From NCBI RefSeq assembly GCF_009914755.1, contig NC_060938.1: DNA of 64,000 nt; one strand, 5' to 3'. Below are positions 1-13,611 of the stretch, piece by piece. Source of the DNA: the human T2T-CHM13v2.0 reference genome, Homo sapiens. The notes beneath the pieces were generated by a model. It saw only the letters and a list, made by a program, of their open reading frames with translations, searched no databases and had not been told where the DNA came from. A program made the translations under genes and the position numbers. Every line of letters starts with the position of its first letter. Position 1 is the first letter of the stretch.

Positions 1-239
1 TAATTCAGGGATATAACTGTAGTCATTACTTCTGTACAACCACACATTTTTAAAATAAAAATATTTAAATAGTAAGCAGAAATCATGGAGTCATTAAAAA
101 TTCAGAAATGTACTACGTTTTATCTAAATTAATCCAAGAGTATCAAAGCAAATAAAATACTACCAAGTAAGATCCATATTTCCTAAGAAATCTGTAATAT
201 ATCTAACTAGTGCATAAGTAGACTACATAGAAAGTAATA

Positions 240-345
240 TGTATAAAATAGTGATTTAGTGTGAATTTAGAAAGGTGCAGGTTTATAACCTGCCTCTGTT
301 ACTTTCTACCTTTATGAACTTGGGAAATTTACTCAATTATTTGTG
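240..345 (+). mobile_element. MIR SINE fragment (degenerate)
   Basis: 'ggtttataacctgcctctgttactttctacctttatgaacttgggaaatttactcaa' resembles the MIR core; recognised by eye. Confidence 0.5.
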
Positions 346-2789
346 GAAAAGAGTAGATTTAACAGTTAATCTGTACTAAATGAAATAAATGATATTTCTT
401 CCCTGCATTTAAATATAACCCATTCCAAATATGAGTCTTGCAATACTGCAAATAATTTTATGTTTTACAAGATGTTTGTCAGAGTGCTAGTTTAGGGAAC
501 TCAAAATTATTAAGCCAATAAAAGTACTTCCATTGTAATCAGAAGTACCCTTATTTTCCAGCTCACAGTTAATTTTTAAAAGAACAAAAGTTGAAATATG
601 ACAATAATGTGTACTATTAAATGGTAGTAATAATTCAGTTTAAAACACCACCACCACTGGAAAAAATATTCATCATGATTATATCAGTGCATTGTATACA
701 TGAATTAGAAATCCAGGGCAGTAAATATTTTGAATAAATGAGTGTTCAATTTTGGTATACAAATTTATACTGCATTGCACTTTTTATTCATTATTTTAAT
801 TTCAAATATGACCATTAAATGGGTTATATCAATAAAGATGGTTAAATATCAAAAGAAGACTTACTTCAATACTATCTTTTTTGCCTATAAAATCATTTTA
901 ACAACTAATAGGAAAGGATGTTGATAGTCATGGTCAAAAAAGTATCTATGCCCCTAAGGTAACAAGGAGAATGAAATTTATACATACTCTAAAATATTGT
1001 TTGACTTTTACATATTTTAATCCCCTTTAAGCCAGTCTTTTAACAGAACTGCTCTCAAGACACAAAATTAAGTGTTTAGAAATCCTTTTCATGTATGACT
1101 TAATGAGTGAAGATGAAGGAAAGCCCATGCAAGGATAGTTACACCTGGATTGTCATATAATTGGGTTTTCTTCTCTACATTCAAATATAATTTTCTCCAG
1201 GTACACCTCAAAAATCATGAAAAAGTAACAAGTTGGTTAAAGCTTGAGTAAATAGTAGTAACATAATCTATAAAGAGGGCTTAATGAATCATTAAAATAA
1301 TTTTAAAAAATTAATAACTAGTCATAACTGAGTAAAAATAGGCTCACTCAAAAAAAAAGAGGCAAAAACATGTGGAGTGGAAAAAATACTGATAGGTTGA
1401 GAGTAACACTAATTATTTTGTATATGATCTGATAGGAAATAGTTTTTAATTTTTTTCTAGTTTTAATTCACAAAAGCAAGATACAGTTTTTCTACATTTG
1501 GAGAAATAGCCTAGCTCTATGGTTATGCCCAAATATAATAATTGAGAAGTCACATAAAAAGGTAATTTAGCAACTGACTTACTTTATAAATTATAAGGGG
1601 CATTATTCCCATAGGAGGCACAGTCATAGTACAGAGGTCAACAACACTGACAAATGCCACAGTAGGCTGGTACAGGGGGACTTAAGAGGACTACCTGGTG
1701 GAAACTGAAAATAGAGCCAAAAGATAGAATAAAGAAGGTAATTTTTAAGAGACATATAATCATTAATGTTTGAGATTGAGCATATTACTACATTCTTATT
1801 GTCCTTGCACTTAGTGTAAACTAATGATAATTATGAAACTGAATTACTCCATATGCTATATTACCAACGGGTAACACTGTGATGGTGGTTCTTACGCAAG
1901 AAGCCAAATGACTCAGTTCCTAAACAGAGCTTGTGAGTTGAATTTGCATTGGCCATCAAGGAAAAATTGAAAGTTCAGGACATAAAGAAAATACAGGGGT
2001 CATCAATTATTACCACTAAAATTAATATAAATCTTCCTATTTCACTTCCATCTTCACAAAGTCAATATTTTCTCACTTTCAAAAGTAAAACCAGTAGATA
2101 ATATACTTGTCAGATGAGGTAAAATCATAAAAATGACTGAAATAAAATCTAATTTAATATTTACATCAACATATCTTTCAGTCATGATTCCTGTCTGTCA
2201 GTATGAAACATGATATACAAATTGTTATACATGAAAACCTAAAGGGAATGATCTAAAAAAATATGCATACGTAATCTAACGTCTGGGGAGTTTTTTAATG
2301 GTAGTTTTTAAGGAGAGTCAATGACAATAGATTTTTATAAATACATATGACATGTGTACATTTTATAATTTCAGGTCACTTCCTCCTGCCACCTGATAAC
2401 ATCAAAGTTAAAGAAATCTTTTTGCTACATATGTAATTGAACAAAATGAATACAATATAAATAAAATATTAACATAATCAACAACTATCTGAAAAATAAA
2501 ACTTAATGCTCAAATCCCACCAAACAAGATATATTCCCAAATGAAATATAAACGATTAGATTTTTATTTTAATTATATATTCCAAAAGCAAAAAAGCACT
2601 TAAGTTAATGCATTAACTTGACTGAGATTTAACTGTAAATGTATATGTTGGTCTAAGAATTAATGGGTTTTATATATTTATTCACAAATTCAGAAAGCTG
2701 TATAGTTTCACAATACTTAAAGATTAACATTTCAGTTTAATTGCATAGTACAAACTCATAAGTACTTAGCAATTTATTCATCAATAAAA

Positions 2790-4166
2790 ATGGACAAATG
2801 GCACAGAATAGAAAACCCAGATATAAGAACTCACATCTACAACTATATGATCTTCAACAAACCTGACAAAAATAAGCAATGGGGAAATCATTTCCCATTT
2901 AAAATACGGTGTTAGGATAACTGGCTAGCCATATGCAGAAAATTGAAACTGGACTCCTTCTGTACACCATATACAAAAATTGACTGAAGATGGAATAAAG
3001 TCTCAAATGTAGAACCCAGAGCTATAAAAACCTTGGAAGACTACGTAGTCAATACCATTTAGGACATAGACATGGGCAAAGATTTCATGACGAAGATGCC
3101 AAAAGCAACTGTAACAAAAGCAAAAATGGACAGATGGGATCTAATTAAACTAAAGAGTTTTTGCACAGCAAAAGAAACTATCAACAGAGTAAACAGATAA
3201 CCTGCAGAATGGGAGAAAAATGTTGCAAATTGTGCATCTGACAGAAGTCTAATATCCAGCATTTATAAAGAACTTAAACAGATTGACAAGATAAAAACAA
3301 ACAACCCCATTAAAAAGTGAGCAAAGGACATGAACAGACACTTCTCAAAAGGAGACTTGCATGCATCCGACAATCATGAAAAAAAAAAAGCTCAACATCA
3401 CTTATCATTAGAGAAATGCAAATCAAAACTACAGTGAAATATCAAATATCATCTCACACCAGTCCAAATGAGTATTATTGAAAAGTCAAAAAATGACATG
3501 CTGGTGAGGTTGTGGAGAAAAAGTAAAGCTTATATACTGTTGGTGGGAGTGTAAATTACTTCAACCATTGCGGAAGACAGTGTGGCAATTCCTCAGAGAC
3601 CTAAAGACAGAAATACCATTTGACCCAGCAATCCCGTTACTGGGTATATACCCAAAGGAATATAAATATTTGTATTATAAAGACTTATGCATGCATATGT
3701 TCATTGTAGCAGTATTTACAATAACAAAGATATGGAATCAATGTAAATGGCCAATGTAAATGGTACACTGGATAAAGAAAATGGGGCACATATACAACAT
3801 GAAATACTATGCAGCCATAACAAAGAATGAGGTCATATACTTTGCAAGGACGTGGATGGAGGTGGAGACCATTATCCTTAGCAAACTAATGCAGAAACAG
3901 AAAACCAAATACTGCGTGTTCTCACTTATAAGTGGGAGTTAAATGTTTAGAACACATGGCTATATAGAGGGCAACAACACACACTGGGACCTATTGGATT
4001 GTTGAGGGAGATGATCAGGAAAAATAACTAATGTGTACTAGGCTTAATACTTGGGTGATGAAGTAATCTGTACAACAAACCCACATGATACATGTTTAAT
4101 TGTGTAACAAACCTGTACATCCTGCACATGTACTTAAAATGAAAGTTAAAAAAAGAAGAAAAAAAA
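2790..4166 (+). mobile_element. 5'-truncated LINE-1 (L1PA11-15-like): ORF2 C-terminus, 3'UTR and poly(A)
   Basis: ORF fragments 3568-3942 translate to the L1 ORF2p C-terminus ([17 protein letters not shown]...LISGS). 3'UTR 'atcaggaaaaataactaat...tactaggcttaatac' is of the older L1PA type. A-rich tail at ~4148-4166. Confidence 0.93.
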
Positions 4167-5038
4167 TCACTTGATGAATTTTCTATCTTACCACTAAGCC
4201 ACTAATATGCATGCCTAATTCAGATTCAATAAATTTTATTATTAACCATAAAAAATAAAAATAGAAATAATCACTATGCTAAACTATGTGCCCAAATTTT
4301 TCCAGAAAGCAATTTATTTGTAATGACTATAAATATACATGTTCTATGCTCAAGGATGCCTTATTTTAAATAAAAAAGTACTTCTTTCTATGTTTTTCAG
4401 TTAAAAATAATCAGAAAGACCTATATGAGTTTGAATTATTCCAAATTTGGTTGGAATAAACAACTTGCAAAAGCTTCTGTAAATGTGTAGTCACAAGAGA
4501 GCCATCTGGCTCCATGTAATTATACCCATCTTTTATCCAATTCTGAATTTTAAATGTAAAAGCAGGCCCAGGAATATCATACAGATTTGTGATATACACT
4601 TGGGGATTGCTGATCCATAAACGAATTAACAGGTTTTATTCATATGGGTGTGTTCCATCTTCATTTATATTTCAAATCAGAAGAGAGTACAGATTCAGAG
4701 ATTACTGAATGAATTGCTGCTAGTACGAATTTATTTCTGCTGAAGTATTTCAGAGTGACATAAAATAGAAATTAAGACACACATGGGTGTAAGACAAAAA
4801 GTAGAATCTGCCTCACTTTTTTTTTTTCATGTAAGTACTTTGAATCAAGTTGATAGATGCCTCATGAATAGAAAATAAATTTGTGGCTATTTATTGTAAA
4901 AGATCACTGACTTCTGCAGGCCTGCTGCAAAGGATTGAATTTGTTACTGGCATATTATGACCAAATTTGCGTTAGTTTATATTTTTCCTAGATTATCTTT
5001 CTTCCTTCTTTAGAATAGTACTTTTCTGGAATAAAGCA

Positions 5039-6291
5039 TTTTTTTTTAAAGTTATGTGATACATGGGCAGAATGTGCAGTTTTGTTGTACAGATATACAC
5101 GTGCCATGGTGGTTTGCTGCACACATCAACCCATCACCTGCATTAGGCATTTCTCCTAATGCTATCCCTCTCCTAGTCCCCCACCCGCTGACAGGCCCCA
5201 GTGTGTGATGTTCCCCTCCCTGTGTCCATGTATTCTCATTGTTCAACTCCCACTTATGAGTAAAAACATGTGGTGTTTGGTTTTCTGTTCTTGTGACAGT
5301 TTGCTGAGAATGATCCATGCTTCATCCATGTCCCTGCAAAAGATATGATCTCATCCTTTTTTATGGCTGCATAGTATTCTATAATGTATATGTACCACAT
5401 TTTCTTTATCCAGCCTATCATTAATGGACGTTTGGATTGGTTCCAAGTCTTTGCTATTGTGAATAGTGCCGCAATAAACATACATGTGCATGTGCCTTTA
5501 TAGTAGAATGATTTATAATCCTTTGGGTATATACCCAGTAATGGGATTGCTGGATCAAATGGTATTTCTAGTTCTAGATCCTTGAGGAATCGCCACACTG
5601 TCTTCCACAATGGTTGAACTAGTTTACACTCCTACCAACAGTGTAAAATCATTCCTACGTCTTCACGTCCTCTCCAGCATCTGTTGTTTCCTGACTTTTT
5701 AATGATCACTATTCTAACTGGCATCGGATGGTGTCTCATTGTGGTTTTGATTTGCACTTCTCTAACAAACAGTGATGATGAGCATTTTTTCATATGTTTG
5801 TTGGCTGCATAAATGTCTTCTTTTGAGAAGTGTGTATTCATATACTTTGCCCATTTTTTGATGGTGTTGTTTGTTTGTTGGTTTTCTTGTAAATGTGTTT
5901 AAGTTCTTTGTAGATTCTGGATATTAGCCCTTTGTCAGATAGATCGATTGCAAAAATTTTCTCCCATTCTGTAGTTTGCCTGTTCACTCTGATGATAGTT
6001 TCTTCTGCTGTGCAGTAGCTGTTTCGTTTAATTAGGTCCCATTTGTCATTTTGGCTTTTGTTGCCATTGCTTTTGGTGTTTTAGAAGTCTTTGCCCATGC
6101 GTATGTCCTGAATGGTATTGCTCAGGTTTTCTTCTAGGATTTTTATGGTTTTAGGTCTTACATTTAAGTCTTTAATCCATCTCGAGTTGATTTTTGTATA
6201 AGATGTAAGGAAGTGGTCCAGTTTCAGTTTTCTGCATATGGCTGGCCAGTTTTTCCAACACCATTTATTAAATAGGGAATCTTTTCCCCAT
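5039..6291 (-). mobile_element. 5'-truncated LINE-1 (L1PA7/8-like)
   Basis: Poly(T) at 5039 followed by the L1PA 3'UTR. Minus-strand ORFs 5254-5610 and 5632-5841 are ORF2p C-terminal pieces ([21 protein letters not shown]; [14 protein letters not shown]). Confidence 0.95.
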
Positions 6292-7159
6292 GAATAGAAA
6301 CTTTTAACAAAATTTCAACCCTAACACAATAGCATTACAACCATATACACTTTATTGTACAGATTACATATTCTATCTTTATATGGATGACATTGTCAAT
6401 TGCTCTCTCTCCTGCCTCTACTTGTTACTTCAAATATTTTGTCCTCATGGGTTCTATTTTACAGTATGAATTCTAGTTTGATGCCTTATTCATGTGTTAT
6501 TAATTGTATAGCCAGCTCATATTATAGTAATTATAGCAATTAATTGTATAGCCAGATCTGAGTGTTAAGGCACTCAGTGTATGAGTAACTTGACCAAATA
6601 AAAGTATTTCCAGGATTGTATTATCTTCATTTATTTTCTTAGTAGTTCCATAGTTAAAATTTATACTAATCCATTTACCATAGACATATCCTAAATGGAT
6701 AATTTAAAATATATACAAAGCTATGTGAATGGATACATTCGTGTATGATATCACCTGTTTATATAAGTATATATTATATTAATAAATTAAAACTAACTTA
6801 CACGTCCAATAATTCCTGAAGCTTTGAGTAGCAAAGACCCATTCAAATTACGATGACATTTTATATATATATAGGCATTTAAAAGATTCTTGGTAAAAAG
6901 CACATGAAATATATGCATGGAATGTCCTAATTCTTCTGTATGTTTTAACAAATTCAGATGTGTGTTATTTTGTGTCCATGAACACATGTATACACACATA
7001 TATATGCAGAACACAATATGTGGAAAATGGGAAACAAAGCAAAAGTATTTTCAAACAGCAAATTACAAAAAATGAAATACACAACTCAAATACTTTAAAA
7101 TTTTAATATGAATTAACAATTAGCTTAAAAAGGTCAAAAAAATTTTTTCCCAAATAATT

Positions 7160-7245
7160 AATTTTGTTCTTTTTAAAAAGTGAAAGCAAGTTTAATAGAG
7201 AAGTAAGGAAACAAAAGAATGACTACCACATAGACAAAGCAGCCC
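7160..7245 (-). mobile_element. Short MER41/MER51-like (ERV1) LTR 3' fragment with A-tail and 11-bp TSD
   Basis: Minus strand reads gggctgctttgtctatgtggtagtcattcttttgtttccttacttctctATTAAActtgctttcacttttt then aaaaagaacaaaa. Flanked by CCCAAATAATT at 7149-7159 and 7243-7253. Confidence 0.75.
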
Positions 7246-7569
7246 AAATAATTTTCAACAATAAAACATTGCTCTTCAAAGCAGTAGTGGAATTTTATTA
7301 TTATGCCAAAATAGTATGGAGTGAGAGGCATGCATAGATGAAGACAGAAAGAGAAGAAGGAAGGTGAGGAAAAATGGGGGAGAGAGAAAAGTAGAAGTAG
7401 AAACAGAGTGGCAGAGAAATAAAAAATCATTACTAGGAAAAAAGAAAATACGTGATCTATTTTCCCTCCCAAAAAACACATTATGAGAAAAGCAGTTGAG
7501 CGTATTGATGTGGGTTCTTACCTAGCAACTTTATGGAGCCTAATACATACTTTTTATTTCTTTGCAAAA

Positions 7570-7830
7570 CTTTTCTTTATAATTGACATGTAAAATTTAC
7601 TTGTTTATGGGGTACAGTGTGATGTTCCAATGCATGTATACATTATTGTATAATGATCAAATTAGGGTAGTTAGCATGTCCATCACCACAAACCTTTATC
7701 ATTTGCTTGTGGTGGTAACTTTCAAGATCCTCTTCTCTAGCCATCTTGAAACATACAATACATTGTTATTAGCTATAGTCACCCTACTATGTAATAGTAT
7801 ATAAAGTGTGTAATAGAATACCAGAACTTG
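7570..7830 (-). mobile_element. L1MA-type 3' end fragment
   Basis: 'ttatggggtacagtgtgatgtt...atgatcaaattagggtagttagcat...tagtcaccctactatgtaatag' is typical of antisense L1MA 3'UTR. Confidence 0.8.
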
Positions 7831-8469
7831 GAGTCTGTATTATCCTAAGGAAACTGTAGGAGGCAGCAAAGTCCTTTTTGTAGCTGGGACGCATAAGAAA
7901 ATTCATATAAATAGAGAGTCCATTGAGTGGTACTTCTGAGATTTCCCAATGCAGAACATCCCATTTGTTTCCAGCTTCAGTCCATTCAAAATAAGAAAGG
8001 AAGATTACTAACCTTTATGCTGAGAGTCATTCTGCAGAACCCATCCAGTTTCTTCATGGGCCTGGCTGATGAATTTTAAGGACATAGAAGACGAATCTCA
8101 ATCTCTACGTCCTTTAGCTTATTCATGGTGACAGTAATCTCTGCCATCCACCCACAGGAAGAAATATTAGTTTTAGCTTACTATTTTGGCTAAGGGAGGA
8201 GGCAAGCAGTGTCAGAGGTGGTGGCTATCATGGAATAATCAACTTTAGTGACCAAAAATACTAACATTATGGTCAGAGGTCTGACCAGATGCAATCGGAG
8301 GAAACATAGATGCCCCTATGGATGGAGTGCCAACAGGCAGTCTCCGGATGGGAAGAATGTACATCAAATTGTAAGAAGATCACATAGCATAGGAGATACT
8401 GGTTTGGCCATCATAGAAGACATGTACAATCTGCTACAGTAAATTTAAAAACAAAAAACTGAAGAGACC

Positions 8470-9120
8470 AGGCAAGCACTCTGTAGAGATTTTGCTTTAT
8501 TTTTTCTAAGAGTAGTAAATACCATTCACATTTTTAAGACAAAATTTGGAAGAAAGAGGCCAAATTTGAGGAGTCAAGAGAATTCAGCATTATCATTTCA
8601 AAGGGTGCTACAAGAGATTGTCATGGTGAGGGTTGATGGTAGCTTTGGTCTAGGGGAATAATGGTAGAAATGAAACCCATTGGATTAGACATATATTTAG
8701 GAAATAAAACAAAATTTACAAACAGGTTGGATACAGTAGGTACAGGGGACTTAGATATTGTTGATAACCCCTAAGTTTCTGGCAGTACAGAAAAATGAGT
8801 GGTGCTGTTGTTTAGATGAGGAGTATGTTTAGATGAGAATTCCTAAGTTTTATTTGCAGATTTATAAGTATGAGGTGTCTTGTAACACTCCACCAGAGGA
8901 CTAGGTATATTATATTAGTAGAAAGGATAAGACTAGAGATTTAAATAGTTTAAGCAGCTGGGAGTATTTGAAACTTTGGTAAGATTATATCTCTTAGGGA
9001 GAGATTACAAAATGAAAAGAGGAGGTCTTCTAGGGTAGAACCTTGACTTTTTTATATTATGTAGTTATCTGTAGATTACTACAAATCTACAAAGAGGCTG
9101 ATAATGAGAGTGTAAACAGG
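8470..9120 (-). mobile_element. LINE-2 fragment
   Basis: Purine-rich degenerate L2 antisense motifs ('gatggtagctttggtctagggg', 'ccctaagtttctggc', 'aagtatgaggtgtct'). Confidence 0.65.
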
Positions 9121-10949
9121 CAGAAAGGGTTTGTTTATTTTTCCACAGAAGCCTCCTGACTCATATTAATGTTAATATTATATTAACTATAATGTAACTA
9201 CTTAAATGAACCAATACAATTTAGGAAACTTTCTCTGTAATACAAGTATTTTGCAATAGGTAAATGTATGCTCGTAGATAGTATATTAGGAAGGTAATCT
9301 TAAAAATATGTTTTAATTCAAAAGTATGAACTATGAAGTTTGGACTGTTTTTTCACAAATTTAACTATGATGATAACTTTTCTGAAAGGCACTGAGATTT
9401 TTTGTTTATTGGGACAAAATTATGTTCTTGTTTAATATTATAATAAGACATTATTAAAGGTGTAGGTTTGCTCAATTGCCTAAATTTTATTTTAGACTTT
9501 TGCCTGACTGTACGTCATTGTTTCATCAACTACAATTACTGAGATCTCTTTATAACCAGGCAATCAACATCAAATGAAGAGTAAATGCAATTTTTAAATT
9601 ACTATGACTAGTTCTACAGCCTCATGGATAGTTTAAATGCATATTTTAAATTACTCCTTAATGAAATATGAATTATTATTATTAATTTAAAGCTAGGCTA
9701 GATGAATAAATGTTTAAAAGATAGAGACATGTAAAGGAGAAATATATACTTGAGAGATGAGAGAGAAACACACATACACACACTGGGGGCAAAGGAAGAG
9801 AAACAGAGAAAATACTAGAAATGGATTCACATTTTTGTTAATTTAGTGCCGAGATATTTTGTGTGATTATCAATAGGAAAATGAAATAGTTGAGATCTTA
9901 AATTATTGTCAGCATATTTTGGAGCTTGTAAGAATGGATAATGCTTATTAATTCTAATATGTTTGTGAATGGTGTTATGGAAAGGAAACAAAACTGGGAG
10001 TCAGTAGGCTTATTTTCTGCTCCTGATTGAGTTATTGACTGTATTTATTGCCAGTAATTGTTTTATGAATATCAGATCCATAGAACAACCACCTAAAAAG
10101 AGCTTACCAATCATTTCAGGATTTAAATTTTGTCTAACTTACTTTTTTCCATCATTATCTTATATTCTAAGCTAGAGTTATTGTGAAATTTTGATTGCTT
10201 GAACATTTGTAACGTATTGCAAGATTTTATGCTTTCCTGATAAACACTGTGCTTTATGAGAGTAAGGAATTTCTTTATGCTGATTAACATTCTTTAGCCA
10301 GAACCTAACAAACTTATCACATAAATGGCACTGCACAGTTATAAAAGAATTGATGAGTATTTATGACTTTTTACATTCTCACATCTGGAACTTTCAAAAA
10401 TCCTGCGATGATTTTCTTGTACCATCTTCCTTTCCTCTGGCCACTTCCCTCCCTTTTTCATCTGCTAAATTAATGTGTATTCTTTTTTCACAATTAGTTT
10501 TTATTTATGTATAATAATATATTTCTGGAACTTTAACATTAACATGTTCAACTTTGTTGTGATGTTGCCAAGTTGTTCACACCTTACTACTTTAATTTTT
10601 CCTTATATATAAATTTCCAATTCTTTCTCTCTCGAATTATTATTTGGAGTGACTCTTCTCCCTACGCTTTTGTCAAAAATCTGGCTCCCGAATGATTAGT
10701 AACATAACTTACTGATAAGATCAAGCCGAATGAACATTATCTCACAAAACTTTGGCAGTGTCTCAGAAAATAAAAGGTAAAGTCAGATGTATTAAAAATT
10801 GTAAATTTGATTACTAGAAGGCCTTTCAATAAAAGGTCTTGATTAGATTGGAGGAAGCAGCAATGTGAGGCTTTTGCGGCAGATACAAGTGTGTAAGATT
10901 CAGTGTCTTTTTTTATTCTCTGAGCCTTGGCTTTGTGTATTTTGTAATT

Positions 10950-11490
10950 TTCAGGATTTAGGGTTGCAAGAGTTGAGTATCAGATAAAACTAGTTTAGAG
11001 AAAATAATATTTTTTACTATTATAACTAAAACTCCAGGGCCAGAGATGGTTTAAAGTACAACTGATTCCATCTTTCCATAATACTGCCCAGATCGAACCT
11101 CTTTGTTATTATTTTTCTCACCGCTTTCTTCTGTGTTGCCTGCTATTCTGGACAGATCTCTTAGTATTAATAACTATGGCAGATCCAGCTTAGTATTCTT
11201 TCTGTTTCTGGCACAAAGAAAAAGTGAACGTTCCTTTCATTTTGAGGTCAAAACCATCTAAAAAGTGTGCCTTATTGGCTTCACTTGGTTTACACTTCTG
11301 AACTAATCGCTGACAAGAGGATAGAATCTTCTGATAGGCCAGGTATAGTTTACATGTTTATTCCTGATATTGAAGAAATAAGTGTTTACTTTTGCATCAT
11401 GTAGACAGAAAACTGAAGGAGTCGTGTCCCTCAACAAAGTAAGATGTTGTTTCCAAAATAAAAGAATTGGACACATTGTAAGCAAAAACA
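10950..11490 (-). mobile_element. Old MaLR/ERVL solo LTR (MLT1K/L- or LTR33-like)
   Basis: Begins 'gggttgcaagag...aaaactagtttag' and contains the paired 'ttattggct...gaactaatcgctg...ctgataggccagg' motif of this LTR class. Confidence 0.6.
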
Positions 11491-11539
11491 ATTTCCAGTT
11501 CTAACAATGAAAACTAACAATCAATTACTTTCTTTTTGG

Positions 11540-11705
11540 GTGCTTACACAATAATCTCTACTTGTACCATCATATTATATTTTAATTGCCTCACTAAGAG
11601 CTAAATGACCCAAACTAAACTTGGTCATTATTGTTATCCAAGCGTTTATCCAAGTGGCTAGAGTATAGAATCTACAATTATGTGCTTACTGAATGAGTGA
11701 ATAAT
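11540..11705 (+). mobile_element. LINE-2 3' end fragment
   Basis: Ends in an L2-type tail 'tgtgcttactgaatgagtgaat'. Confidence 0.45.
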
Positions 11706-13350
11706 TAGATTGAGCAAATAATTGTAACTCTTTTGAAATTACAATTTTCTTTTAAATATTAATAATAGTGACAAATTAATTGGTATAATTGTATTACTAG
11801 TTTAAATTAGTGTAATTATTATAATCAATATAATAATACTCAACTAATAAATTTGCTGTAGGACTTTCATAAATTATAATAATACCTATAATTTCTTAAA
11901 TGTCCCCGACCAATAGTAAGCACTAAATAAATGTTAAGGGTTACCAATAGTCATTGCCAAACAGATAAAGTTAGACTGGGAGACCTATGGAACACTAGAA
12001 TTTTATAGAGATTCAAATTTGCATGAATCCGTATTAGCAGTTTGATAAGTGATAGATAAATGTTTTCAAATGTCTGGAGTTTTGCTTTTAATAAAATTAC
12101 TTTCTAATGTTGTTTTATAGCATTTCTCTAGAGGAAATTGAATAATATTTTCCTCTAAATCCATGCAGGATAAGTTATCTGGAGTCATTAGAATATAGTA
12201 TTATGCACGAACAACTAGACAGGAATTCTATTACAGATGATTAGTCAACCGTAAATTCAGCACCCACCAGATGGACAGCTCCAATGTACCACATGAATTA
12301 TGTGAGTTACAGCTGCAGCTCTGGTAAAAACTAAAATGCTCTTGATGAACAGCTGACGTTTTCTTAAGATTCTAGACAAGGGATACCAGTTAAGTTTTTT
12401 ATTGCCATAGCATGTGGCATAGAAAGGACTGATTACCTTGAAGAAAGGTTGTATTAAAAAGCATTTATAGTCTGCTGTGTTAACTTTACATTTAAGGGTC
12501 TTTCCATATTTACGTTTAGAGCACCTGCACTGTTATCTGATGTGTATCTTATGTGCCTATAACTCAAAATGAACAACAGTAAAATTGTTCAGGCGATTAG
12601 ATAATGACAGGATAATGGTTTTACAAGGAACTATAAAAAGATAGAATTAAAATGCTGAGATATAGAGGTTCAAAATTGTCAATATTCAGTAGACGAGTAA
12701 GATGTTTGTGTATTTACTCCTGATTACAGATATTTCTTATTTAAAAGGTAATTTTAAGTACCAGTGGTGTACAATTCTCACAGAAATAAGGCCTTCAAGT
12801 TCTCTTATTACATCTGAGTTCTGACATATGAGAACTGAAAAATAAGCTAGTACTTATTAAAATTACTTTTTAAATTCATAGTACTTTAGTTTAAATATAC
12901 GCTTTATGCTAATATTAATGTGCCTACCTTGAGAAGAGAAGAATTCTTTCATTTTGTATAACTTTACAGCACAAGAAATCTCGGATTTATTTTATATGTG
13001 GTGTTATCTTATTCCTTGCTGTTTCTAAAAGGATTTAATTGTTTGTTTGGAGTGCTTGTATTCGTTTTTACATAGAGTTAGCTCTGTGTATAAACCTTCT
13101 GCTAAGTATACTTTCATCTGTATAATTTACTTTGGTTTATAATTGTGATGCAGAATATTCTTCCTTACTGCACATAAATTTGAAGTCTGTAATGAGATAA
13201 TAAATGACCATCCACATATGTAGTTCATGATGATAAAATCCTTTTATTTGATTCAGAGAATAAAATAAAAGCATTTTCCTCAGAATATAATCTGGTAAAA
13301 GTTTATCAATTTTTACTGAAGTAAATCTTATGAATAATATAAAACACTTT

Positions 13351-13611
13351 AATTTTTTATTATACTTTAGGTTCTGTGATACATGTGCAGAACGTGCAGG
13401 TTTGTTACATAGGTATACATGTGTCATGGTGGTTTGCTGTACCCATCAACCTGTCATCTACATTAGTTATTTCTCCTAATGCTATCCCTCCCCAAGCCCC
13501 CGACCCTCCAACAGGTCACGATTTGTGATGTCCCCCTCCCTGTGTCCAAGTGTTCTCCTTGTTCAACTCCCACTTATGAGTGAGAACATGTGGTGTTTGG
13601 TTTTCTGTTCT
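13351..13611 (-). mobile_element. Very short 5'-truncated L1 (L1PA7/8-like, ~260 bp)
   Basis: L1PA 3'UTR plus the last ORF2 codons. TSD AAAACAC(T/C)TT at 13341-13350 and 13614-13623. Confidence 0.93.

Noticed and set aside
2776-4179. Inverted 9-mer ATTCATCAA / TTGATGAAT flanking the first L1
   Set aside because: L1 makes direct, not inverted, duplications; a short AT-rich match is probably chance.
8809-8837. 12-bp direct repeat TGTTTAGATGAG
   Set aside because: Ordinary small slippage duplication within L2 debris.
12129-12156. 9-bp inverted repeat TAGAGGAAA / TTTCCTCTA
   Set aside because: Short arms; expected by chance in 64 kb of AT-rich DNA.
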